From an uncultured virus (IMG/VR IMGVR_UViG_3300021306_000185) (Duplodnaviria; Heunggongvirae; Uroviricota; Caudoviricetes): a stretch of DNA of 64,000 nt. The position numbers and the translations under genes are program-made. Of the stretch, positions 10,371 to 20,118 are shown piece after piece. Numbering within the stretch: position 1 is the first letter of the stretch; each line of letters starts with the position of its first letter. The notes below the pieces were generated by a model. It was not told where the DNA came from, searched no databases, and saw nothing but the letters and a program-made list of their open reading frames with translations. The stretch lies in the IMG/VR virus record IMGVR_UViG_3300021306_000185; one strand, given 5' to 3'.

Positions 10371-13300
10371 TTAGTTGAAAAGTGTTCTGATTATGTGGTC
10401 TGCGTCGGCTGTCGCGAGGGTAAAGATGTGCGCCGAACCCTTGCGCTTATGGTCATCAACCGTGATGTCATAGCCATCGTCACAACGCCTCACAATGAGG
10501 TATCGCTTGTCGTAATTCTTAGCTATGAAACGTCTCAGTTGAGTCGCCCTTGACTTGATGCCATCAACGCCATTCATACCCTTATTGGCAGCCGCTTGAC
10601 GCATTAGGTTTAGTTCTATCTCAATAGCCAACGCCAACTGCATCGCCTTGCGTTTGCGCTTTGCCTTGGCGTCATTATTCTTCGGCTTGCCATCGGGAAT
10701 ATCGCTCGGACTCCAATCGAGGCGTTCCCATTCGTAGTTGTATCGGTCCGCCTGAATCTTGTCGTAGATACTCTGCGGAATATTCTTCGTAGGCACTTCG
10801 ATGCTATAACCCAAATTCGTCAAGCAATCGAGAATCTTCTGCTCGTTAGTGTCAACATAGTCGGGCATGTCACTCCACCACCTTACCTGCGGCTGGTACT
10901 CGAAGATGTACTGCTTCGGCATGTGCTTGAAGATGGGATAGATCTCCTTGAAGACGCTAGTCTTTAGCTCCTCAAACAGTCTATTCTGCATACTATCCGT
11001 CGAACTGGTCATGTACTTTACCATTACGTGTCGCGTGCCCTCAATCTTGAAGAAGAAGTCCACAGGCACGTCCGAACCGCTAATCTTGTAGATGGTTGAC
11101 TTGCAGCCGTAACCCTTGACGCTGCTCGGACTCACCTTGCACAACGGAAGTCCCCACTCGAACGGCAGGAACGTAGTGTCGGTCGATTTCTCCTCCTGTA
11201 TATTCTCGGGCATCAAGAGTCCTGGCACCCACTGCGTTTCGCCATTGCGAAGCTGCATTGTGAAGTAGATTGTCTGCGGACGACGAGAAGCCACAAGCGG
11301 CGAACGGAATGCATCGATGATATTGCCCGTGACAATGTAACGCCTCTCTATGCCGTTCTGAAGCTGCCGAATCTCATCGCGCCACATATTTATGGCCATT
11401 GCGCACTCCTCGAAGATTGTGTTATCGTTGTTGTAGTAGAACACGTTGTAGTCACCGACGTTCGGACTACCACTGTACTTATCCACGTGGTCAACGAGTT
11501 GCGTGAGTACCTCGAAACCTCCATTCTTGTCATTCGACACGAGGTTTATCTCATAGTGCTTGCACGACTTGGCGATGGCGAAGTGCAGTTTTATCTTGCC
11601 TGGTAGAAACTTGTCCTTGTCCTCCTTGCCGAACGAGATACTCGTAAGGATAGCCATGGGATAGACTTCCGTACCGTCCGACTGCGTGCGTTTGAGCGGC
11701 AAAAACTCACGAACGACATCACCGATGCGTATCTTCTTGAGGCCGTTTTTCACCTGCTCGCAAGTCGCTACATTTCTCTCGCTTGCCGCCTGCTCGTCGA
11801 GATTCAGTTTGTTGAGCTTCATCTGAAAGAGCTGCTTGGCATCGTCAATCTCGTCTTCGTCGGCGAGCGTCTTCACGAGATCTTCATATTCGTCGGTGAG
11901 TTTCTTTCGTCGAGCATCGAATGCTGGCTTGAACTGCGCACCATTCGTCCATCGGTTGGCGTACCACTGCGAGATTTCGTTCTCCAAATCGATGGATATG
12001 TAGCACCGCCCGCCATAGCCCTCGATGCCAGACTTGGTCATATTGACCACCTCCTCGGGCAGGTACGGTTTACCACCGACACGGCACTCGTATAGTCCTA
12101 TGTATGATGAGCCACCAAGCGATGACTTGACCTTCGCTCTGTACGTTAGCAAACGTTCCGAGATGAGCTTTGCCTGCATGTCGAGCCTTTGAGTCTCCAA
12201 GTCCCACAAGCCCATGGACTGCAAGTTCTTCTCCAACTCTTTGTAGTCGTCGATGATAGCCGAGAACATCTGTTCTTGTGCCGTAGTGTCGAAGATTGCA
12301 GCGTGTCCCGTTGCGTCCTTTGCGCATCCGTTTTGGCTGACCTTGCCGTCTGTATCGGGGAAGAGCATCTTCGCTTCCTGATCGTGCTGCGTGAGCCAGT
12401 TTTTCACAACCTCGTCGCCATACTTATTATCGAAGTCTACGAACTCGGAAACCACATTTTCGTTCTGACGTTGTGAACCAGTCGTGTTTGCATCGAGCGA
12501 CTTTAGCTTCTTACGGAGCATCATCATCGTGCGACTCTCGTATGGAATGAACGAGGTCACATACTCATAAATAGGCAACTTGACCTGACCTGTTCTATTG
12601 ATACGGCCTCGCTTCTGAATCTCCGTGGCTACGTTCAACTCTGGCTGTGCGATTATCATCACACGCTGACGAACCTTCTCCAATGGCACTTTACCAGGTA
12701 TGATCTTCGCATGTGCCGATGCTCCAGTTGCTCCAGCCGCATTAATAATGAGCACATCGATGTTGTTGCACTGGAAGTCGTTATACATCTTGCCCGTGTC
12801 AACTTTTTTGCGCTCAATGAGTTTGCCGAGCGTGAAGTCGTCGAGCTTTGGATATTCAAGACCGAGTTGACGGCCAGTACACTCTTCGACTCGTATCTTT
12901 CGTCCGCCAACATCTTCTTTCACGAGCATCTGCTTGATTAGGTCAATCGGCGAGAGTGGTATGCCGAACTTCTCGTCAAGAATCTCCTTCTTGATGCGCT
13001 CGTATTCCTGTCTGATGATGATGGACTCCTGCAACTGCGTGCCCGTAATTGTTCCTTCGGCAAAGAGTTTCGCATAGTCGAGGTCGAGAATAGTCTTCTG
13101 GTCTTTGTGACTGCCGTCCTCGTTTTCCTCCTCGTCCTTACCTTGCGAAATGACAAGCGAACGCTCCAAGATGAACAAGAGATACTGCGCAAAATCACCT
13201 CGCACTAAGTCACCAACCTTGACGTTTCGACCCATCAAGTTGATGAGTCGCTGCGGTTCAAGATGCGCTGCTGATGTCTGGCTCAGTCCGATTACAACAG

Positions 13301-14549
13301 CACGCCCATCCCTCACATGCTCAATCGTCTTTCGCACCACGCTCTTCGCCTTGATAGCGAGCAGAAGTGCATTAGTAATGACGAACATGTATGAGAATAT
13401 GCTGTATGGCTTGGCTGATTTAGGCAGTATCTTCTGCGCTTTGAGTTGCGAGATTAGTTCACGAACGTGCATGTTCTGGAGGCTCAGTGCATCTCTCACG
13501 AAACGCATAATGCGGTTGTAGTTGACATCGTCAATCTGCCTATCCGCCTCGTCTGTGTTGTTGTAGTTGACCTCAATCTTTGTGTTGTCTCGCTGGCGGC
13601 GTACCATCTGTCCGCTCTCCACGAGTAGCGAGGAGATCAACTCTTGCAATGGTATTCCACCACGACTTATGGCCAATGACAATGTGAGTGGCGTTGTGCA
13701 GTCCTTGAGTTTCGTTCTCTGTATGTATAGCAGCAAGTTCTTCGGAGCTTTGGCGAATGTTGCCGACAAGAACACCACGTCGCAGTCCTCTTCGCTGATG
13801 AGCGTTCGCATCACGTCACCACGGCTCGACTGACCAGCTGCGTTATGAGCCTCGTCGCATACATATATCGCTTTCCCAGATTTCGCTACGGCACTTAGGA
13901 ACGCCGTCTTCTCCTCGCTGTCGGATAGCTGCGAATAGGTGCAGAGGATATAGTCATAGCCATCGGGCATCTTCTTGCTCTTGAAGATCTTAGCCATCTC
14001 GGCATTCGGAAGCGGTTCGTAGACTGCCTCGTACTTCTCTGCACCAGGTGTCGAGTCGATGCACTTGTCGTAGTCGTAGACTGCGCCGTCCGAGTTTATG
14101 ATGAGTGGCTTGTAATGCGCGATGCCAGTATCTTTTGCATCCCTATAGAAATCCGAAAAGAGGTTCTTCTTCTCGGTGAAGAATATTGGCAGTCTTCCAT
14201 TCTCTTTGGCGTATCTGACGATGCCAGCCGCCTGACGGCCTTTGCCCACACCCGTCTCGTCGCCACACACCATGGCCTCATGCCGAGCTTCAATGTTGTA
14301 TATTGCGAGCGCGATGGAGTCAACTTGCTCCGCCTTGAAGTACTGCGCCAGTTGGTCTCTGCTTATCTTGAGCCTTGCGCATACGAAGCCCGCCACATCG
14401 CCACCAAGTGCTTTGTCAAGTCGCTCAAGAGCCGACCTCATGCCTTCATCCATTGAGTCTGGGATTAGCGTATCGAGCGTCTCCACGCCCTTTGCTGCTG
14501 GTGTATATACTCCGTCGAGCGCGGCGTTCTTTCTATTTCGTCTGGTCAT
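10371..14549 (-). CDS. Strawberry-notch family SF2 helicase
   Basis: GDETGVGKGRQ Walker A, DEAH, LSAT, GATGASAHA, QKRGRINRTGQ, LKSLDANTT. Confidence 0.9.
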   Translation of the reverse strand: MTRRNRKNAALDGVYTPAAKGVETLDTLIPDSMDEGMRSALERLDKALGGDVAGFVCARLKISRDQLAQYFKAEQVDSIALAIYNIEARHEAMVCGDETGVGKGRQAAGIVRYAKENGRLPIFFTEKKNLFSDFYRDAKDTGIAHYKPLIINSDGAVYDYDKCIDSTPGAEKYEAVYEPLPNAEMAKIFKSKKMPDGYDYILCTYSQLSDSEEKTAFLSAVAKSGKAIYVCDEAHNAAGQSSRGDVMRTLISEEDCDVVFLSATFAKAPKNLLLYIQRTKLKDCTTPLTLSLAISRGGIPLQELISSLLVESGQMVRRQRDNTKIEVNYNNTDEADRQIDDVNYNRIMRFVRDALSLQNMHVRELISQLKAQKILPKSAKPYSIFSYMFVITNALLLAIKAKSVVRKTIEHVRDGRAVVIGLSQTSAAHLEPQRLINLMGRNVKVGDLVRGDFAQYLLFILERSLVISQGKDEEENEDGSHKDQKTILDLDYAKLFAEGTITGTQLQESIIIRQEYERIKKEILDEKFGIPLSPIDLIKQMLVKEDVGGRKIRVEECTGRQLGLEYPKLDDFTLGKLIERKKVDTGKMYNDFQCNNIDVLIINAAGATGASAHAKIIPGKVPLEKVRQRVMIIAQPELNVATEIQKRGRINRTGQVKLPIYEYVTSFIPYESRTMMMLRKKLKSLDANTTGSQRQNENVVSEFVDFDNKYGDEVVKNWLTQHDQEAKMLFPDTDGKVSQNGCAKDATGHAAIFDTTAQEQMFSAIIDDYKELEKNLQSMGLWDLETQRLDMQAKLISERLLTYRAKVKSSLGGSSYIGLYECRVGGKPYLPEEVVNMTKSGIEGYGGRCYISIDLENEISQWYANRWTNGAQFKPAFDARRKKLTDEYEDLVKTLADEDEIDDAKQLFQMKLNKLNLDEQAASERNVATCEQVKNGLKKIRIGDVVREFLPLKRTQSDGTEVYPMAILTSISFGKEDKDKFLPGKIKLHFAIAKSCKHYEINLVSNDKNGGFEVLTQLVDHVDKYSGSPNVGDYNVFYYNNDNTIFEECAMAINMWRDEIRQLQNGIERRYIVTGNIIDAFRSPLVASRRPQTIYFTMQLRNGETQWVPGLLMPENIQEEKSTDTTFLPFEWGLPLCKVSPSSVKGYGCKSTIYKISGSDVPVDFFFKIEGTRHVMVKYMTSSTDSMQNRLFEELKTSVFKEIYPIFKHMPKQYIFEYQPQVRWWSDMPDYVDTNEQKILDCLTNLGYSIEVPTKNIPQSIYDKIQADRYNYEWERLDWSPSDIPDGKPKNNDAKAKRKRKAMQLALAIEIELNLMRQAAANKGMNGVDGIKSRATQLRRFIAKNYDKRYLIVRRCDDGYDITVDDHKRKGSAHIFTLATADADHIIRTLFN

Positions 14550-14741
14550 TGTCAGTCTGAAACATGAATCTCAGACTGCAAAGGAATGGGTGGGTGGATG
14601 TGTAAATGTAGAGGTTAATGCACTTTGGAGTAAGGATATAACGATTAGTATGCTTCAGAAAAGTATCTCGAAGCTTTGCACTTTCAAGTATTTTCTACAA
14701 TTTTGTACTGTTTTCATACGAAGTGAAAATAGCACAAAATA

Positions 14742-15689
14742 ATGAAGACCTCCGATGTTATAGTAGCAGGCAAAGCGTTGTATTTGTCTCAATTTGAAGA
14801 CAGCGTGTTGAAAAGAATCCCGATAGACACGAAACTGAAGTTCAGGTTCTATCGAGCGACATTTAACGATAAGGCGTTTTGTCTTTTGAGTGCAAAGAAG
14901 GAAGAGAATCACGCCTCTATGGATTGCTCACGACTTGCAAATCGCTTAGAAAGCATTCTGCGACTGCCCATCGTTTTCTTGTTTGATAATCTTCAATTTG
15001 TAGAGCGGAATAGACTCGTAGAAAGAGGTGTGTATTTTATCGTCTCCAACAAGTTCGCCTTTTTACCGTTCTTGATCATCAATACAAGAGATAGCAATCG
15101 ACAGAAAACGGAAGAGCTGTCGGCTGCCGCTCAATACATCCTATTATACCATTTGCAGATAGACGATTTGAATGGCTGGTCGATGGCGGATATAGAGACT
15201 AAGATGCCGTTCTCATACGTAACGATTTCAAGGGCATTCAAGAACTTTGAAGACCTTCAGCTATGCAAAATTGAGATGGATGAGAATCGAGTGAAGCACA
15301 TTCATTTTGATGGGAGCAAGAAAGAGGTGTGGGAGCGCACGTTGCCATTTTTGAAGAGCCCCGTCAAAAAGAAGATATATTGCGATGGCGTCACAACGAA
15401 ACAACAACTGACTTACGGTGGCATCAGTGCCATGGCTCACTATACGGCATTGAATCCAGACGAAGTGACTACGTACGTGGTGAACGCTAAAGACTATAAT
15501 AGTCTGGCGGACAGAAGCGCCTTTGTCAACGCTAATGACGTAGAGGGCGACATCTGTATAGAGATTTGGAATTACCCACCGTTATACCAATACTATGCGG
15601 ACCAGTTGTCGCTCTATCTCACGCTACGTGATGACCGAGACCCAAGAATAGAAAAGGAATTAGAATCAATGATTAGTAAACTATGGTAA
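14742..15689 (+). CDS. wHTH protein, probable antitoxin partner of the downstream nucleotidyltransferase
   Basis: SYVTISRAF HTH; SLYLTL..D.DPRIE C-terminus; overlaps the next gene. Confidence 0.65.
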   Translation: MKTSDVIVAGKALYLSQFEDSVLKRIPIDTKLKFRFYRATFNDKAFCLLSAKKEENHASMDCSRLANRLESILRLPIVFLFDNLQFVERNRLVERGVYFIVSNKFAFLPFLIINTRDSNRQKTEELSAAAQYILLYHLQIDDLNGWSMADIETKMPFSYVTISRAFKNFEDLQLCKIEMDENRVKHIHFDGSKKEVWERTLPFLKSPVKKKIYCDGVTTKQQLTYGGISAMAHYTALNPDEVTTYVVNAKDYNSLADRSAFVNANDVEGDICIEIWNYPPLYQYYADQLSLYLTLRDDRDPRIEKELESMISKLW

Positions 15690-16459
15690 TAGGATTAGAT
15701 AAGTTCAGAGAGGCTTTCGCCAATTTCAAGGATAACTATGTGATTATTGGCGGTACAGCATGCGATATTGTCTTGAGTGACACCGATATGCGTCCGCGTG
15801 CCACCAATGACATTGACATGATTCTGGTCGTAGAGAATATGACCAAGGAATATGGCGATGCGTTTTGGCAGTTCATCAAGGATGGCGAATATAAAGCTGG
15901 CAAACGCGAGAAGGATGACAAGACACCTACTTACACGCTATATAGATTCACGACCGAGAAGACTGGCTATCCAGTGCAAATAGAATTATTGTCGCGCCAC
16001 TCAAATGTGCTTGGTGAACCTTCGGGCTTTCGCATCGAGCCGATTCCGTTGTCGGAAGATCTTTCGAGTCTTTCGGCCATAATGATGGATGATGAAAACT
16101 ATGAGCTTACTGTTGCTAACAGTGAGGAGCAAGACGGGCTGCGTATTGCCACTCCTGCGGCTCTCATTTGCTTGAAGGCGCGTGCATATCTGAATCTTCT
16201 ACAAGATAAGGCCAACGGGAAACAAGTAAATACGAAAGACATCAAGAAACATAAGACCGACGTGCTGAAACTTATTGCCACAGCATCCATACCTGAACCA
16301 ATAGCCGTGTCTCAGTATGTTTATGATAGCGTGATGGAATACGTATCTGCAATAGAAAAGGAATTGCCAAGCCAATCGTTACAGGATGCGTTGGATAGAG
16401 ATGCAGAGGCGATACAGGCCTACCTCGATGCGTTAAAGAGTACGTTCATTGTAAAATAA
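15683..16459 (+). CDS. Nucleotidyltransferase (AbiEii-like, second pair)
   Basis: YVIIGGTAC, RATNDID, LICLKA and KHKTDV motifs. Confidence 0.8.
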   Translation: MVIGLDKFREAFANFKDNYVIIGGTACDIVLSDTDMRPRATNDIDMILVVENMTKEYGDAFWQFIKDGEYKAGKREKDDKTPTYTLYRFTTEKTGYPVQIELLSRHSNVLGEPSGFRIEPIPLSEDLSSLSAIMMDDENYELTVANSEEQDGLRIATPAALICLKARAYLNLLQDKANGKQVNTKDIKKHKTDVLKLIATASIPEPIAVSQYVYDSVMEYVSAIEKELPSQSLQDALDRDAEAIQAYLDALKSTFIVK

Positions 16460-16464
16460 TAGGC

Positions 16465-17226
16465 ATGAAAATACAGTTTGCATCAGACCTTCATATTGAG
16501 TTTGCCGAAAACTGGAGAGTTCTGCGACAAGAGCCGCTACGCGTTAATGGCGACATACTCGTGCTTGCTGGCGACATAGGTTACCTTGGCGATGACAATT
16601 ATCGGACGCACCCTTTCTGGGATTGGGCATCGGAAAACTACCAACAGGTCATCGTGGCCTTGGGCAATCATGAGTTTTATAAATACTACGACTTGGCCAC
16701 AATGCACGACGGATTGATCGGCGAGATACGACACAATGTGCATTACTACTATAACACTGTTGTCAGAATCGAAAATGTGGACTTCATAGTATCGACCTTG
16801 TGGGCGAATATCGACCTGAAGGATGCTTACGTCACCGAGCAATGCGTGAGCGATTTTCGACGTATTCTTTATGGTGAGGAGATGCTTACTTTCTCCGACT
16901 TCAATCGGGAACACAGGCGATGCTTGGAGTTTATCAAGAAGTCCGTTGCGGAGAGTAATGCAAAATATAAGATTGTCGTCACGCATCATGTTCCGTCATA
17001 TCAGCTTATGGCGCAAGAGTTTCAAGGAAGCAAAATCAATGGCGCTTTCACCGTCGAACTGTCCGACTACATAGAGCAAAGCGGAATTGATTTCTGGATC
17101 TATGGACACTCTCATCGCAATATCGAAAAGACCATAGGCAAAACGCATTGCATCTGCAACCAATTCGGGTACGCATTCCACAATGAGCATCTTACATTCG
17201 ATAAAGGTAGATATATCGAAGTGTAG
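16465..17226 (+). CDS. Calcineurin-like metallophosphoesterase
   Basis: SDLH, AGDI, GNHE, THH and GHSH motifs. Confidence 0.93.
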   Translation: MKIQFASDLHIEFAENWRVLRQEPLRVNGDILVLAGDIGYLGDDNYRTHPFWDWASENYQQVIVALGNHEFYKYYDLATMHDGLIGEIRHNVHYYYNTVVRIENVDFIVSTLWANIDLKDAYVTEQCVSDFRRILYGEEMLTFSDFNREHRRCLEFIKKSVAESNAKYKIVVTHHVPSYQLMAQEFQGSKINGAFTVELSDYIEQSGIDFWIYGHSHRNIEKTIGKTHCICNQFGYAFHNEHLTFDKGRYIEV

Positions 17227-17490
17227 GTAGACATGACTAATTACGTCGAGACTATGACTCAACTGCGATATTACCTCGTCATGACCATGTCATAATTATG
17301 TTGTAACTACGTATCTATTGCGTCTCTATTGGGTAGAAACTGAGGATCGTTGTGTCTTGATTGATAAGCGATTGAGTTTTGACTCGTATCAATTGGGCGC
17401 TATTGAAGTGCTTTGTGGTATTGATTGAGCAAAGGCTACAAATACCACTAAGAAGCAAGGTCGAACCTCAGTAAAATATAGGTCGAATCG

Positions 17491-17925
17491 CTATTTCTCG
17501 CCAATTTTCTCGATTAGACGCTCAATCTGTTTTTCCTTGCGCTCAATCACTTTGTCCTTCTTCTTGAGTTCTTCTTGTAGACCGACGATTATGTCGAAGA
17601 GTTTTTGATTCTGGTCGGTCAGCTTTTCGACCTGAACTTTCTGACGTTCCACTTCGCGCTTGGCAAGTGTCACAGCCACATTCGCCTCGTCATCCTTATT
17701 CCTACGCCCAAAGGCGATTTTTTTCTCACCAATACCCGTCACGAGCCAGTTCAGATTTATGCCCATAGCCACCGCTTGAGGTATCACCGTGTTCAAATTG
17801 GCATTTCCCGTGCTTCGCCATTGCGAGATGCACGCCTCCGTGAAATTTAACTTCTGCGCAAGTTTCGCCTGAGTATCACAATCATACATAATCATCAAGC
17901 GATCTACGATGTTCTGGCCTGCCAT
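17491..17925 (-). CDS. CI-like HTH repressor with C-terminal coiled coil
   Basis: QAKLAQKL...ISQW...NLNWLVTGIG; ATG at 17925 preferred over the track start; divergent from early genes. Confidence 0.8.
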   Translation of the reverse strand: MAGQNIVDRLMIMYDCDTQAKLAQKLNFTEACISQWRSTGNANLNTVIPQAVAMGINLNWLVTGIGEKKIAFGRRNKDDEANVAVTLAKREVERQKVQVEKLTDQNQKLFDIIVGLQEELKKKDKVIERKEKQIERLIEKIGEK

Positions 17926-17987
17926 ATCAAAAAGGAATATAAATACAAAAAGTGCCCGCAAGACTACGTAATTAGAGAGTAATTAAG

Positions 17988-17995
17988 TAACTTTG
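17988..17995 (+). promoter_or_regulatory. Rightward -7 promoter box TAACTTTG
   Basis: Exact TAnnTTTG in the intergenic region between CI and the early genes. Confidence 0.55.
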
Positions 17996-18043
17996 CGACC
18001 TCAAATGCGCTATACAGCTTTGTATATACTAGTTATCACGTGG

Positions 18044-18051
18044 CAAAGTTA
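18044..18051 (-). promoter_or_regulatory. Leftward -7 promoter box TAACTTTG (towards CI)
   Basis: CAAAGTTA on the + strand. Confidence 0.55.
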
Positions 18052-18130
18052 TATGGTTAATTTGAATTGTGCAACTTAATGCAATCTAAATATTGCAGTC
18101 AGTTGCAATTTTAACAGTAAGACAATTCAC

Positions 18131-18189
18131 GTCCGCAAGGACGCAACCGTTTGCAACCGTTTCTGCAACCGAGCAGAGCAGTTGCGGAC
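18131..18189. repeat. Three GCAACCG direct repeats inside a GTCCGCAA/TTGCGGAC inverted repeat
   Basis: Read directly: repeats at 18143, 18153 and 18165. Confidence 0.8.
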
Positions 18190-18205
18190 ATAATATGACT
18201 ATGTC

Positions 18206-18634
18206 ATGGAAGAAGATTTCAATTCTATGATGGGACCTTTCCTGTCTATCATAGAGAAGACAGTGAAGAAGTCTGTTCAGGAGGCTCTCAGCGAGCAGAC
18301 TGGCGCATTGAGTGAGGCCATAAGCGCCAAGGTGTCAGAGCGTCAACTTGAAGACACCGAAGATAGCAAGGAGGAATTGTATCTGGGGTTTGCAACAGCT
18401 AATCAGATAATTAAACGAAGTGATCCTCGATTGTGTGAGGGTCCGGACGCTCCATTCAAGAGTAAGTACGACATCTGTCGTTTCTGCAAGGCCAATCCAG
18501 GTGTATTCATTGGCAAGCCTCGCAGTAAGAATCAGTCTGCAACAGCCATCAGCATTCACAATGCACTTATTCGTCAGAACGAGCGAGACATTGCTCAGGG
18601 CAAGAAAATTAAGTTCAATGTCAAACGCAAGTAG
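18206..18634 (+). CDS. Hypothetical early protein
   Basis: First ORF divergent from CI. Confidence 0.65.
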   Translation: MEEDFNSMMGPFLSIIEKTVKKSVQEALSEQTGALSEAISAKVSERQLEDTEDSKEELYLGFATANQIIKRSDPRLCEGPDAPFKSKYDICRFCKANPGVFIGKPRSKNQSATAISIHNALIRQNERDIAQGKKIKFNVKRK

Positions 18635-18767
18635 GCGCAACTAAAAGCATATAGCTATGCACAGTATCAAACAACACTTGCAACAGAATGCAACCAACAG
18701 CAAACCGACGATGCCAAAGGTTCGTCGGACAATCAGAAGCCCAGACGTGGGCAAGGAGGGTGATTAG

Positions 18768-19067
18768 ATGGACAACATAATCATCGACAATGGTCAGAAG
18801 TTGAGAGTCGGAAGAGTGCTCAAGCTTGAGATTTCTCGTGCGTTGGGGCTCAACCACAGATACGTGTGGTCACGGCTTATTCACAAGAACAAGATTGTGA
18901 TGCAACGGCTCAACGAGTTGCACTACGAAAAGAGTTCACACTTCGTCAGTCGCAGCATCGCCAGATTCCTTGCTAAGCACTTCGACATCTACATCGAAGG
19001 CATCAACGAGGAAGACAAGATGTTCGCAGACGTGCCAGACTCTACTTCTGACAGTACACAAGTTTAA
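18768..19067 (+). CDS. Small putative DNA-binding protein
   Basis: Basic, helical, EISRALGL HTH-like segment. Confidence 0.55.
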   Translation: MDNIIIDNGQKLRVGRVLKLEISRALGLNHRYVWSRLIHKNKIVMQRLNELHYEKSSHFVSRSIARFLAKHFDIYIEGINEEDKMFADVPDSTSDSTQV

Positions 19068-19148
19068 TCATTGGGGCTTGAGGTGAGCCTCGGCTTGCCT
19101 CACCCCTTATGCATAAGACATAATGACAAACAGTAAAGAAACATAGTA

Positions 19149-20087
19149 ATGAAGACCGAACAGCTGTGGTATCGCATGTCTGCTAACTCTCATGAATTAC
19201 CGAGCGTTATAGCCATGCGTAAGAAACTAGGCTGGGAAGGTTTCGGAATTTATGTTGGCATACTCGGTTTGCTTCGCAGTTCAAGAGACGGCTCTCTACC
19301 CACCGATTTCGATTCGTTCGGTTGGCATCTGCGTTGTCCGAACGGCATAGTCAAGTCTGTAATTATGGATTTTGGCCTATTTACGATTTCCGAAGATGGA
19401 ACTCGCTTCTTCGACCAGGATCTAATAGACGAGATGAAGCAGTATCAGAGTGCGCTCGATGAGCGGCGGGAAGCTGGAAGACGCAGCGCCGAAAGGCGTT
19501 GGGGAGCTAAAACTGACCAAAACTCAAATGGAGATGCTACATCCGAACCTGACCCAAGCGCCATAACGACCGAAAAACAAGCCAAAATCATGGGTGACCC
19601 ATCGAAAATTGTAACGGCCGTTACCGATTTCGATGCTATAAACAAACAAATAAAGAAAGAAACAGATAATACTTCGTATTGTTTTAGGGGAACGCCCGAT
19701 GGCGTTGTTTTGCCGAGAACAGAAATTCAAGAAGATTATTTCAATCAGCTTGATGAGCGATGGCAAGCAATAGTGATGCGGTGGTATGCCCACAAGAAAG
19801 AAATGTCGCCAAAGCTTAAAGGCCTTGCGAGCATCAAAAAGCAGGTTGAACTCCTACTTGAAATGTCGGAGGGAAATGCAGACTATGCCGAGGCTATCGT
19901 GGAGTACTCCGTCAAGCAGGGCTATGCGGGACTGTACAAGCCAGCCCAGGGCCGCGGCGACAAGGTCACGAAACCGAGCAAAAAGAAGGAAGTGAAATAC
20001 TCAAACGACACATGGAAAAACTCAGAGGTGAGTCTGCCGCGAGTCGAGTTAACAATCGACGAGAATGGCAATCCATGCCCGTTCTAA
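19149..20087 (+). CDS. Phage replication initiator-like protein (DUF4373/Lin1244-like N-terminus)
   Basis: LGWEGFGIY...VKSVIMDFGLF; RREAGRRSAERRW; lies upstream of the DnaC-like gene. Confidence 0.75.
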   Translation: MKTEQLWYRMSANSHELPSVIAMRKKLGWEGFGIYVGILGLLRSSRDGSLPTDFDSFGWHLRCPNGIVKSVIMDFGLFTISEDGTRFFDQDLIDEMKQYQSALDERREAGRRSAERRWGAKTDQNSNGDATSEPDPSAITTEKQAKIMGDPSKIVTAVTDFDAINKQIKKETDNTSYCFRGTPDGVVLPRTEIQEDYFNQLDERWQAIVMRWYAHKKEMSPKLKGLASIKKQVELLLEMSEGNADYAEAIVEYSVKQGYAGLYKPAQGRGDKVTKPSKKKEVKYSNDTWKNSEVSLPRVELTIDENGNPCPF

Positions 20088-20118
20088 CAAATAGAAAGCT
20101 ATAGCAAAAACAGAAAGC

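Noticed and set aside
17229..17330. Degenerate ATGAC/TACGT repeats and a 10-bp inverted match near 17966
   Set aside because: Too short and irregular to distinguish from chance
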